In this document: in pieces, positions 17,481-25,886 of the stretch
How positions within the stretch are numbered: the first letter of the stretch is position 1
Layout of the letters: each line of letters begins with the position of its first letter
Assembly: GCF_000179635.2 (NCBI RefSeq)
Contig: NC_014833.1
Coordinates: 840,001 to 872,000 of the forward strand
Reading direction: 5' to 3'
Length of the DNA: 32,000 nucleotides
From: Ruminococcus albus 7 = DSM 20455
Lineage (GTDB): Bacteria > Bacillota > Clostridia > Oscillospirales > Ruminococcaceae
Notes under the pieces: generated by a model
Databases searched by the model: none
Told to the model about the DNA's origin: nothing
What the model saw: only the letters and a program-made list of their open reading frames with translations
Program-made: the position numbers and the translations under genes

Positions 17481-20400
17481 ATGCACAAGAAAATGAAACG
17501 TATCGTTGCAGGGCTTGTGGCAATTACCGGTGCTTTATCGGCAACAGCCGCATCTGCACCTATGAGTGTGTTTGCAAAAAATGAACAGATAATTATTCAG
17601 TCTGACTTCAATGCAGGAATGGGTCTTCCCTGGCGCACATTCGAGAATGCACCGGCACGGCAGGACTTCGATATTTCAGACGGCACTTACAATATAACGA
17701 TACAGAATAACGATGGTCCCGAGTCAAGATGGGATCTTCAGTTCCTTTACAAAAATTTCTATATACAAAAAGGTCATACTTACAAGGTACACTGGAAGGT
17801 CAATTCTTCCAATGAGGGTGAGCTGTATACTAGGATCGGTAATTACGGCGGAACTGTTGAAGTTTGGCACAACAACTGCGGCAATGATGATTTCAATCAG
17901 ACGTGGGAATGCGTAAAGATCGCTAAAGGCGACAACACCTTCGATGCTGAGTTTACAGCTAAAGAAGATATGGATCGTGCTTGCTGGATATTTGATTACG
18001 GCGGACAGGGTCAGTATCAGCCGGTAGATTGCTTCCCCAACGGTACGGTCCTCAAATTCGACGATCTGTCTTTGATCGACACTACTTCCGGGGGCTGTAT
18101 AATCGATTTCATTCCTAACGATTGGGGCATTGTAAGACCCGAAAGCAACGTTCGTCTGAATCAGATCGGTTACTATCCTCAGCTGGAAAAGAGGGCTTCT
18201 TATGTTACCGATGCTGATATGCCACTGACTTTTGAGATACGTGACAGATCGGGCAACGTAAAGTACACAGGCAAGACGAAGGTATTCGGCAGCGATCCTG
18301 ATTCGGGTACAGGTAAGGATACAGTTGTTAATTCGGTCACAAGATACAAGGACTCGGGTGCCAACGTACATATCATTGATTTCTCTGATTTCAGAACTGT
18401 GGGCGAGTACACTATATTCGTTAAGGATACAGTCGGCGTAAGCGGCACTCAGGTGATGGGTTCTAAGAAAGTAAACGATACAAGGCTAAGCGGTGATAAG
18501 CTTTTATGGACAAATCCCGTTACTATGAAAACTTATACGATGAACGAGAGCAGTACATTCAGGATAGACAGACAGATCTATGATGATCAGCTGCTGAGGG
18601 ATTCCATGAACTACTTCTATCAGAACCGCTCAGGAGTCCCGATAAAGTCTGAGTACATCACATCAGGTGATAAGTCCGCACTGTCACACCTTAAATATGG
18701 TCATAACCCCGATATGGCTTATGTACAGAGCAAATGGGTAAAGACTTACGAAGATGACTTCTCTGATGGCGAGAAGGATAAGAAGATCGACGTTACAGGC
18801 GGATGGTACGCTGCAAGCGACCACGGTAAGTACGTTGTCGAAGGCGGTTTCTCCGTATGGACACTTCAGAACGCTTATGAGTTCTCCAAGAGGAGCGGCA
18901 ATACTCGCAAGTGGACTGACGGCACTATAGCTGTCCCCGAAAATAAGGATAATGCTCCCGATATACTGGATGAAGCAAGGGTAGAGCTGGAGTGGATGTT
19001 CAAAATGATAAATGAGGACGGCTTTGTATATCATTCAGTGCAGGACTATAAGTGGGCAGATATTCCGATCAGGTTAGGGCCCATATACTGTACGGACCCC
19101 CCAATGGAGTACACTTATCCTTACCGTATCGTCAGACCTCCTACGTATGCAGCCACATTCAACATGATCGCTTGTGCTGCACAGGCTTCACGTCTGTGGA
19201 AGGGCATAGATGATGACTTCGCAAAAGAGTGTCTGCAAAATGCACAGAACAGCTGGAAGGCTATCATGGCTAAGCAGTCCAATTGGAACGTTACAAGTGG
19301 CTATTACTATGATGATCCTTACTTTGCTCCCAGTGAATCCGGCGGAAACAACTTTTTCGGTGACACCTATGTAGTTGACGATGCTTACTGGGCAGCTTGT
19401 GAGCTTTATGCTACAACAGGGGACTCGGCTTACTATGGCTTCTTAAAAAACTATAAAAATTATAATGATCCGTCAGGTCAGGATAAGGCATTCAGCCTGA
19501 CTTCCTGCCTGAGCGGTGGTGAGAACAACGGTTCGTTCGGTTCCTTCAATTGGGGCAATACTGCGGGTCTGGGTACCCTTTCACTCTACCTGAGCGACAA
19601 GACATCTTCTGCTGACAGGAAGACTATTGTCAATTCTATCAAAAATATTGCTGACCAATATATTATTCAGATGAGTAAAGAAGGTATGGGCATACCTTAC
19701 AAGAGTGCGACTGTCGGGGGCTATATCGGTATCGGTGATGGAGATGTGTACACAGGTTATGAATACGGCTCCAACTCATTCGTTATCAACAACGCTATGG
19801 TCCTTGCATATGCTTATGATACTGATAACAGCAAATATATTTATCGGAACGGTGCTGCCGAAGCACTTGATTACCTCTTCGGACGCAACGGTCTGGGCTT
19901 CTCTTATGTATCAGGCTACGGCGATAAGGCAATGAGATCGCCACACCACAGATACTGGGCACAAAGTATTGATCCGTACTTCCCGGCGGCACCCTCAGGT
20001 GTTCTTGCAGGCGGTCCATGCTCAGATCTGTATCATGATAAATATCTTCGTGGTCTCGGCTATAAAAGAGGCACTTTAGCTGATCAGAAGTGCTATGTTG
20101 ACAGTGCAGAGGCATGGTCTGTAAATGATGTTTCCGGCAGCTGGAATGCTCCTCTGGTCTGGATGTCATCATTCATGAACGATCGTTTCGGCGGTCCGAA
20201 ACCAGTCCCCTATCCTACCAACATTAAGGTCGATTACAGTGAGGAGTATCATCAGGTAAGATTTACCTGGAACAAGGTGGAAAACGCTGACAGATACGGC
20301 ATAGCAGTTTATCTGGCAGGCAAGTGGAGAGTTCAGAAACAGGATATCACAGGCACTACCTACACTTCTCCCAAAAATCTGACTCCCGGCGTAACTTATA

Positions 20401-20483
20401 AGGTAGCGATTGCCGCAAGAGTGAACGGCACATGGGATACTGAAAATGCTATCAAACGTGCTTGTACTGTTACTATAAAGTGA
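17481..20483 (+). CDS. Multidomain glycoside hydrolase family 9 protein (signal peptide, CBM4/9-like module, Ig-like CelD_N module, GH9 domain, conserved C-terminal module)
   Basis: ATG at 17481 follows RBS AGGAGGG. Signal peptide MHKKMKRIVAGLVAITGALSATAASA. GH9 signature 1 SYVSGYGDKAMRSPHHR is intact. GGWYAASDHGKY and YVDSAEAWSVNDVSGSWNA are GH9 motifs with substitutions. C-terminus is YHQVRFTWNKVENADRYGIAVYLAGKWRVQ... Confidence 0.9.
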   Translation: MHKKMKRIVAGLVAITGALSATAASAPMSVFAKNEQIIIQSDFNAGMGLPWRTFENAPARQDFDISDGTYNITIQNNDGPESRWDLQFLYKNFYIQKGHTYKVHWKVNSSNEGELYTRIGNYGGTVEVWHNNCGNDDFNQTWECVKIAKGDNTFDAEFTAKEDMDRACWIFDYGGQGQYQPVDCFPNGTVLKFDDLSLIDTTSGGCIIDFIPNDWGIVRPESNVRLNQIGYYPQLEKRASYVTDADMPLTFEIRDRSGNVKYTGKTKVFGSDPDSGTGKDTVVNSVTRYKDSGANVHIIDFSDFRTVGEYTIFVKDTVGVSGTQVMGSKKVNDTRLSGDKLLWTNPVTMKTYTMNESSTFRIDRQIYDDQLLRDSMNYFYQNRSGVPIKSEYITSGDKSALSHLKYGHNPDMAYVQSKWVKTYEDDFSDGEKDKKIDVTGGWYAASDHGKYVVEGGFSVWTLQNAYEFSKRSGNTRKWTDGTIAVPENKDNAPDILDEARVELEWMFKMINEDGFVYHSVQDYKWADIPIRLGPIYCTDPPMEYTYPYRIVRPPTYAATFNMIACAAQASRLWKGIDDDFAKECLQNAQNSWKAIMAKQSNWNVTSGYYYDDPYFAPSESGGNNFFGDTYVVDDAYWAACELYATTGDSAYYGFLKNYKNYNDPSGQDKAFSLTSCLSGGENNGSFGSFNWGNTAGLGTLSLYLSDKTSSADRKTIVNSIKNIADQYIIQMSKEGMGIPYKSATVGGYIGIGDGDVYTGYEYGSNSFVINNAMVLAYAYDTDNSKYIYRNGAAEALDYLFGRNGLGFSYVSGYGDKAMRSPHHRYWAQSIDPYFPAAPSGVLAGGPCSDLYHDKYLRGLGYKRGTLADQKCYVDSAEAWSVNDVSGSWNAPLVWMSSFMNDRFGGPKPVPYPTNIKVDYSEEYHQVRFTWNKVENADRYGIAVYLAGKWRVQKQDITGTTYTSPKNLTPGVTYKVAIAARVNGTWDTENAIKRACTVTIK

Positions 20484-20514
20484 TAGACTTCATTGATCCA
20501 ATTTATTAAAAACA

Positions 20515-20549
20515 AAACGTGGCTGTTGCACCAAGCAACAGCCACGTTT
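20515..20549. terminator. Bidirectional rho-independent terminator between convergent genes
   Basis: A perfect 15-bp stem AAACGTGGCTGTTGC / GCAACAGCCACGTTT with a 5-nt loop. An A-tract lies on the left and TTTCTC on the right. Confidence 0.75.
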
Positions 20550-20638
20550 CTCATATTGTTTAACATATTTTCTGCACAGAACTATTCCAAGGCAGAAACT
20601 CTTCAAGTATATCGGGATCGGTGAAAAACTCCATGCTT

Positions 20639-21052
20639 TTACTGCCTATCAAACCCGTATGCGGTTATTTCCCAAAAACAATGTGCTAATATTGTTGAGT
20701 ATGAATAGTTTTTCAACGTATTAGCATCTATATTATATTGTAAAAAATCCGAGTAATCACAGGCTGCAATAGAATATACCTGATCTTCATCACCGTAATT
20801 GCCTCTGACATCATAATATAGTGATGTATCGTTTTCGTCAAAATGTTCGACATATTCGTCTTCATCTGAATCGCTGATTCTAAAAGCAGAGATATATACA
20901 GTAAATTTCTTATCTGTATGTGCTGCTGTAATAGATAACAGCTTATTATATAGTTCAGCGAATTTATCTATATCCTTATTTCCATAAAACATTTGTATCT
21001 TTTCAGATATTTCAGTAAATGGAGTTTGTCTTAAAATTTCATATATAGTCAT
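20639..21052 (-). CDS. Hypothetical acidic protein
   Basis: 137-aa ORF. Its start overlaps the upstream ORF stop by 14 nt. No family recognised with confidence. Confidence 0.5.
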   Translation of the reverse strand: MTIYEILRQTPFTEISEKIQMFYGNKDIDKFAELYNKLLSITAAHTDKKFTVYISAFRISDSDEDEYVEHFDENDTSLYYDVRGNYGDEDQVYSIAACDYSDFLQYNIDANTLKNYSYSTILAHCFWEITAYGFDRQ

Positions 21053-21281
21053 TTGTGTAGTTTTTCAAAGAATTCCCGGATAATCTTTCCATGGTTTGTT
21101 TATTTCCAAGAAGTCTATATGCAATTACAATGAAGCGCTGATAAATCGCATCAAAGATATAAGGCATCATCTCATCTCCGTCAGATATATCAAAATCGAC
21201 TTTGTAGAATAAAACCTTATTATTTTCTATCTCGGACAGCATTTCGAGCAGCTTGTAATCACGTTCTTTTGAAATAGCCAT
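21039..21281 (-). CDS. Hypothetical small protein
   Basis: 80-aa ORF coupled to 20639-21052. No recognisable family. Confidence 0.4.
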   Translation of the reverse strand: MAISKERDYKLLEMLSEIENNKVLFYKVDFDISDGDEMMPYIFDAIYQRFIVIAYRLLGNKQTMERLSGNSLKNYTNDYI

Positions 21282-21288
21282 TCAACTG

Positions 21289-21483
21289 CTAAACGGTTTT
21301 GCCTTCACGTCTTGAAAGCGCAAACGCCTGACACAGTGCAAGATGCTGTCCGAAATCCCGCAGCGGATAAACAGCATTTTCGGGGATTTCTGTTTCATCT
21401 GCAATCATTTTTAATGCAATAGCATCATAGCGCTGACCGATTGTATTTTTTAGTAATTCCGAAAGACGATTATTTTGTTCCAT
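21289..21483 (-). pseudogene. Possible N-terminal fragment of a DUF169-like protein
   Basis: The 64-aa product (..AIALKMIADETEIPENA...FGQHLALCQAFALSRREGKTV) resembles, from memory, the N-terminal ~60 residues of DUF169 proteins. It stops long before the usual ~230-aa length. Confidence 0.3.
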
Positions 21484-21941
21484 AGTAGATCTCCTTATAT
21501 TATTCCGAATGAAAGAATTAACATCGGCCGCACAGTAAATGCGCCAAGAAACTGCGGCAAGTTCTCACAATATAATAATATTTTATCTGATCCGGACGAA
21601 ATTATCAAGCCTTTTCTGTGTCAGCAACCGCCAGAAAAGAGTTAGATTATTAATATTATTGAGTCCTAAGCAAGTCTTTGGACTATTTTAGACCATTTGA
21701 AGTGGGATCGGTATACAATCGGAAATCACAACAATCACGGTTGGCATCTCAGAGTTATTATATATTTTATCTGTTTAATTATTTTTGTTTTTGCAAATTT
21801 CTTTTCTGCCGATTTTGCGCTGAAATAACACTATACCATAAATTATAAAGTCGATCATGATCGCAAAGTTATACAGATCTCACTTTTTGATTATCATGCT
21901 GTACGATATACGCATGGATCTTTCCTGATGCTATTATTAAA

Positions 21942-21971
21942 CAAGGCATTCACCAAACGATGAATACCTTG
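21942..21971 (-). terminator. Probable terminator of the dockerin-protein gene
   Basis: On the minus strand: CAAGGTATTCA-loop-TGAATGCCTTG (11-bp stem with one G-U pair) followed by TTTAAT. Confidence 0.45.
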
Positions 21972-22011
21972 TAATTTATTCGCTCGCTGAGTATGATTCC
22001 GGTCGTTTGTA

Positions 22012-23169
22012 TCATACTTCAGGAAGAGTATCTATCATTCTCAGAATATATTTTCTGACAGCCACAGCATCTGCATCGGTTATGCCATCGCCACTGCCCG
22101 AACAATCAGCGTTTATTTTTCCCTGCTCAGTCAGCTTATACTTTGAAGGTGCTGACAATGTCTGCTTGATAAGTACGAAATCAGAAATATCCACTTTTCC
22201 GTCGCAGTTTGCATCACCATAAACTGCCTTTGGATTATCCGGAATATTGCTCTCTGTTATGGGAGCCATGCTCGGTTCGGTATCACCCCACCAGTCCCAA
22301 CGGTCAGCGGTACGGTATTTCTCCATATTTCCGCCTGCCGAAGTCCAGGTAAACACATTGTCGTAAAGATGCCCTTCGTTATAATAAAACTGTGCCATCG
22401 AACAGATCTCATCAGCATAGGTCTTGTATGCACCATCGTCCTCAGCCATATAGCACCAGCCTGTATTAAAGCCCTTAAGGCTGTTCCTTATGACCTGATA
22501 GCCGTGCATTCCCTCTTCATTAATACAGATCTCAGCAAAGTGGAGTATCTTTCTGATACCCATGTGATTTGAGATTATACAATCATAGAAATTGGATTCC
22601 GTGAAAGAATACTGAAACATCTCAGGGACGTTGTCCTCGGGCATGAACTTGGGATTGCAGTCTGCAAAAGCAGTAACAGCGGTCTGAAGAGTACCATATG
22701 CATGGGCAGAGTTAACACCCCAGCCGTCTTCATAGGCTGTTTCATGGTCTGAGCCTATCTTGCCTTCACCCAGAGTAGATTCACGGGTACCAAGTCCAAG
22801 AAACAAAGCATACACCTTTTCACGTTCCGGTTGGCCAAGACGAGTGGAGATAAGATCCCAGTGCTCATCTATCTCTTTATAGAGAGCGTACTTTACCTCC
22901 TGCACTGTCATATTATGGTTGATAGCGCGTATCTCAGCCGTAGAAGCGTTTGCAGGAGTATTTCTCTCCCCAAAGCCAAGGGGATTGCCAACTCCTTCCT
23001 TCTGTATATCACGGGAAGTATCGTGCAGAGGGTCGCAGGTATTTCCGGCACAATACCATTCGTCTGCCGAAGCAACGATAGAAGTATCCATATCACCTGC
23101 CGATATCGACATTGATGATACGATCATTGCAGCCGCGGTAATGACACCGAAAAATCGTCTTTTATTCAT
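22012..23169 (-). CDS. Secreted dockerin-bearing protein with a possible lysozyme-like/lytic-transglycosylase-like domain
   Basis: The likely start is ATG at 23169 after RBS GAGGTG, with signal peptide MNKRRFFGVITAAAMIVSSMSISA. The C-terminal type I dockerin duplicate is GDANCDGKVDISDFVLIKQ ... DCSGSGDGITDADAVAVRKYIL. The central motifs TRES, AYGTLQ and GFNTGW resemble SLT motifs ES / GLMQ / AYNxG. Confidence 0.75.
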   Translation of the reverse strand: MNKRRFFGVITAAAMIVSSMSISAGDMDTSIVASADEWYCAGNTCDPLHDTSRDIQKEGVGNPLGFGERNTPANASTAEIRAINHNMTVQEVKYALYKEIDEHWDLISTRLGQPEREKVYALFLGLGTRESTLGEGKIGSDHETAYEDGWGVNSAHAYGTLQTAVTAFADCNPKFMPEDNVPEMFQYSFTESNFYDCIISNHMGIRKILHFAEICINEEGMHGYQVIRNSLKGFNTGWCYMAEDDGAYKTYADEICSMAQFYYNEGHLYDNVFTWTSAGGNMEKYRTADRWDWWGDTEPSMAPITESNIPDNPKAVYGDANCDGKVDISDFVLIKQTLSAPSKYKLTEQGKINADCSGSGDGITDADAVAVRKYILRMIDTLPEV

Positions 23170-23303
23170 AAATAACACCTCATGTTTTGAGTCGATTTAC
23201 TGACACGGACAGACCTCTGTCAAAGTGAAATTGAGGTCTGTCCAGATTACCGTTACAAATTATATCACATTTCCATGTAAATTTCAATATGATATTATAA
23301 AAA

Positions 23304-23445
23304 ATGGCTATCCCCTTAACACACTGCACGCAAAATCACTGCACCAAAGCAGTCGATAGCCTTAAATACGCACTGTTTCCAAGTTTACAGCAGTTGGATC
23401 AGTAGCAGTATTCGGCAACATATAACGCTGTGTGGATCTTTTCGC
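23304..23445 (-). mobile_element. Truncated, diverged third IS1595-family copy (right-end ~140 bp only, inverted orientation)
   Basis: ATGGCTATCCCCTTAACACACTGCACG...CACTGCACCAAAGCAG...AGCAGTATTCGGCAACATATAACGCTGTGTGGATCTTTTCG aligns by eye (mostly matching, with scattered mismatches) to the reverse complement of 10141-10293. Homology ends 11 bp before the xylanase stop codon. Confidence 0.75.
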
Positions 23446-23456
23446 CTACTCAGTTA

Positions 23457-24512
23457 TCACTCTACAGTAAAAGTCACAGCGTTTTTGATAGCATTTGCAG
23501 TATCCCATTTGCCATTAACTTTGGCTGCGATAGCTACGTTGTAGGTCTTGCCCGGGGTGAGGTTCTTGGGAGTAGTATATTCTGTATCGGTGATACTCGC
23601 CTCCTGAACTCTCCACTTGCCTGCCAGATAAACAGCTACGCCGTAACTGTCAGCACCATTTACAGCGTCCCAAGTAAATCTCATCTGCTTGTACTGGCTG
23701 TCATATTCCATCTGTATGTTCTTAACGGAATCATCTTTATGATGTCCGCAGTCACAGATGCCTCGTGGATACATATTCATAGAAACTTCAACCTGACCAT
23801 CGCTCTCCCAACCTTCAACGCTGAAAGAAATATCGTACAGGTTCCCCACCTTCATACCCAGGTCCTCCCAAGCCTTGAAGTGTTTGGAAACGCTGATAGT
23901 ACCCTTGGTTCTCGTGTTCTGACGTATGCTTATATACTGTGTGAAATACCTGTCGCCTTCGATGGTATAGGAATTTTTGTTTATAGTATATACCTTGTAC
24001 TCACTTCCGTCAATATTAACGGAACCCTTGTACTGTGCAGAAGCAGACTGCGCAGGTGACCAGTTCTTCCAGTCTTCAATGATGTAGTACTCTACCAGAG
24101 GATTCTGCGCCCAGCCGTAGATACCGATCCTGGCGTTACCGGATGAACCTGCATACCAGATGCAGTCGTAGTCACAGTAGAAATTACCATAGTCCTTGTA
24201 AGTCTTGGGATTATTCAGACCCCAGCGAAGACCACGATTAGTAATGAAGTTTCCTCTCGTGTTGTTAGGACCACACTTCCACTGTGCGCGGAAACCACCG
24301 TCATTTTCGTGCAGTGTCATTGTAGAAGAATTATTGGTATCTGCCTGCCAGATCTCGTGGTGGTAGTCGTTGTACCAGCCGACTTCCTGTGTGTGTGACG
24401 GGCTCGTAGTGAGCGTCTTTGCAGCAGATGCAGTAACTGATGTTATAATAGGTGAAACCATCAGCACACCGGCAACAAGAGCGCCTAAAACACGTTTTGA
24501 AACATTTTTCAT
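23457..24512 (-). CDS. Glycoside hydrolase family 11 endo-1,4-beta-xylanase with conserved C-terminal module
   Basis: Signal peptide MKNVSKRVLGALVAGVLMVSPIITSVTASA after RBS GAGGAG. GH11 hallmarks YGWAQNPLVEYYIIEDW (nucleophile Glu) and SVEGWESDG (acid/base Glu). C-terminus is YKQMRFTWDAVNGADSYGVAVYLAGKWRVQ... Confidence 0.92.
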   Translation of the reverse strand: MKNVSKRVLGALVAGVLMVSPIITSVTASAAKTLTTSPSHTQEVGWYNDYHHEIWQADTNNSSTMTLHENDGGFRAQWKCGPNNTRGNFITNRGLRWGLNNPKTYKDYGNFYCDYDCIWYAGSSGNARIGIYGWAQNPLVEYYIIEDWKNWSPAQSASAQYKGSVNIDGSEYKVYTINKNSYTIEGDRYFTQYISIRQNTRTKGTISVSKHFKAWEDLGMKVGNLYDISFSVEGWESDGQVEVSMNMYPRGICDCGHHKDDSVKNIQMEYDSQYKQMRFTWDAVNGADSYGVAVYLAGKWRVQEASITDTEYTTPKNLTPGKTYNVAIAAKVNGKWDTANAIKNAVTFTVE

Positions 24513-25110
24513 AAGCTATTTCTCCTCGCTATCAAAAAGATTAAAACTATATATAGATACTTAAATGATACAACGCATTGACTTTTTCGGTTCAATATTA
24601 TTTGATTATATTTTATAATTTTTTAGTAATTGGTTCTAATTATATTTTGCTTATTATCATTTTAGCAATACCATAAATTGCTATTTATTGCCTTTTAGTC
24701 ATCAACTATTTACTTTTTAAATTATAATTACCACAAATCTTTTAATCATTATAAGATAAGCATTCAACACATAAAACCCCGGAATTGCGCGGCTTCGCAG
24801 GATTGATAGCATAGAAAATGTATGTTCATAAATAAGGATCCGTCTGACATTAATACAATTTTTTTGTCATAAATTCAACATTTTTCATGCTAATATTGAT
24901 AGGCTTTAAATCGTACATCATACTCAAAGTATCAGTTAATTATCCGTTGTTTGTAATTTCACCGGTTTCTTACTCCCTATGAGTATTACAACAGCCTTTT
25001 TGACGACAGAAACAGTCTTTCCAAGACCGATACAGATGCGACATTTATGTGTATAAATGATGTTTGTATTGATAGGAATGATTTGAAATTTAAGTAGTTT
25101 AATATTACAG

Positions 25111-25154
25111 AAAATAACCGCCCCATTCCGTTTATAACAGTGGAATGGGGCGGT
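25111..25154 (-). terminator. Rho-independent terminator of the four-gene operon
   Basis: A perfect 13-bp GC-rich stem ACCGCCCCATTCC / GGAATGGGGCGGT followed on the minus strand by TATTTT. It lies 30 bp after the stop at 25185. Confidence 0.75.
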
Positions 25155-25184
25155 AGTTTATTCGTCATTTTGGTGTGGATCTGC

Positions 25185-25886
25185 TCATCTTGTGATATTA
25201 GCAATAGCGGCGGATATAACATCTTCTACGCCGCAGACTTTATCAATTTTATCCTTGTCGGGAGCATTCCTTAGTTCTGCGATACCTGCTCTCCACAAAA
25301 CCAGAGTATTTACATTCAGTGAATCTATCCGCTGTGACATGGCACTGTTGCGGGTGTACATATCAGATATCATCATAATACCTTGTGATGCTATGTTTGC
25401 CGAGATTACAAGGTCGTTTATTTTTTTATCTGCAAGGATCTGGTAGTATTTCCAGTCGGTATCTTTATCTTTGTTTTTCATATGTTCACTCAATGCGGCT
25501 GATGCTTCATTAAGCTCCTGTATGCAGCACTCCAGCACTTGTTTCATGGTGTCAAGCAGCATATTCTCTTTGTATAGTCCTATGTATATTTCCTGAAAGC
25601 TATCGGATATCCTCTGGGCTTCTTTGTCAGCTTTTTCAGCATTGTCAATGAGTCTTGCGTAGCTTATAGTTCCCACAAATCCCTTGTATTTTGCCAGACC
25701 GTTTATCTTTAGCTGGTCTGAAGCAAGGGTCAGGACATTTATAGCTTTGTCAGGCATCCTATCCTGCTGTATTCTGAATAACATATCTGATGTATCAGCT
25801 ATTCTCTTCTGAACATCTCCTGCATATGAGGGGAGAAGTTCAAAGGTCATCATATCGGGGGTATATTTCTTGGTACTATTCAGCAT
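25185..25886 (-). CDS. Short TelA-like (toxic anion resistance/YaaN-KlaB family-like) helical protein; gene 4 of the operon
   Basis: 233 aa, all-helical in character. ADKKINDLVISANIASQGIMMISDMYTRNSAMSQRIDSLNVNTLVLWRAGIAEL parallels the conserved TelA core (..DKR.HDL..S.Q...Q...I.....N.....KI.S......PLWK.Q..), recalled from memory. Its start overlaps the upstream stop (ATGCTGA). The ORF call is solid; the family call is moderate. Confidence 0.65.
   Translation of the reverse strand: MLNSTKKYTPDMMTFELLPSYAGDVQKRIADTSDMLFRIQQDRMPDKAINVLTLASDQLKINGLAKYKGFVGTISYARLIDNAEKADKEAQRISDSFQEIYIGLYKENMLLDTMKQVLECCIQELNEASAALSEHMKNKDKDTDWKYYQILADKKINDLVISANIASQGIMMISDMYTRNSAMSQRIDSLNVNTLVLWRAGIAELRNAPDKDKIDKVCGVEDVISAAIANITR

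Noticed and set aside
17713-20172. Internal and antisense ORFs within the GH9 gene (17713-17916, 17724-18371, 18200-18448, 18684-19034, 19705-19935, 19795-20172).
   Set aside because: They are overlapped entirely by a 1000-aa CDS with clear family signatures, and none has motifs or an RBS.
24513-25110. The ~600-bp AT-rich spacer between the xylanase gene and the operon, inspected for repeats, CRISPR-like periodicity or a structured RNA.
   Set aside because: I found no direct-repeat periodicity, long hairpins or conserved riboswitch-like motifs. It is probably a promoter/spacer region for the divergently placed xylanase gene.
24986-25222. A 78-aa minus-strand ORF downstream of the operon.
   Set aside because: It spans the operon terminator hairpin (25111-25154) and AT-rich spacer, overlaps the TelA-like gene's 3' end out of frame, and has no RBS.
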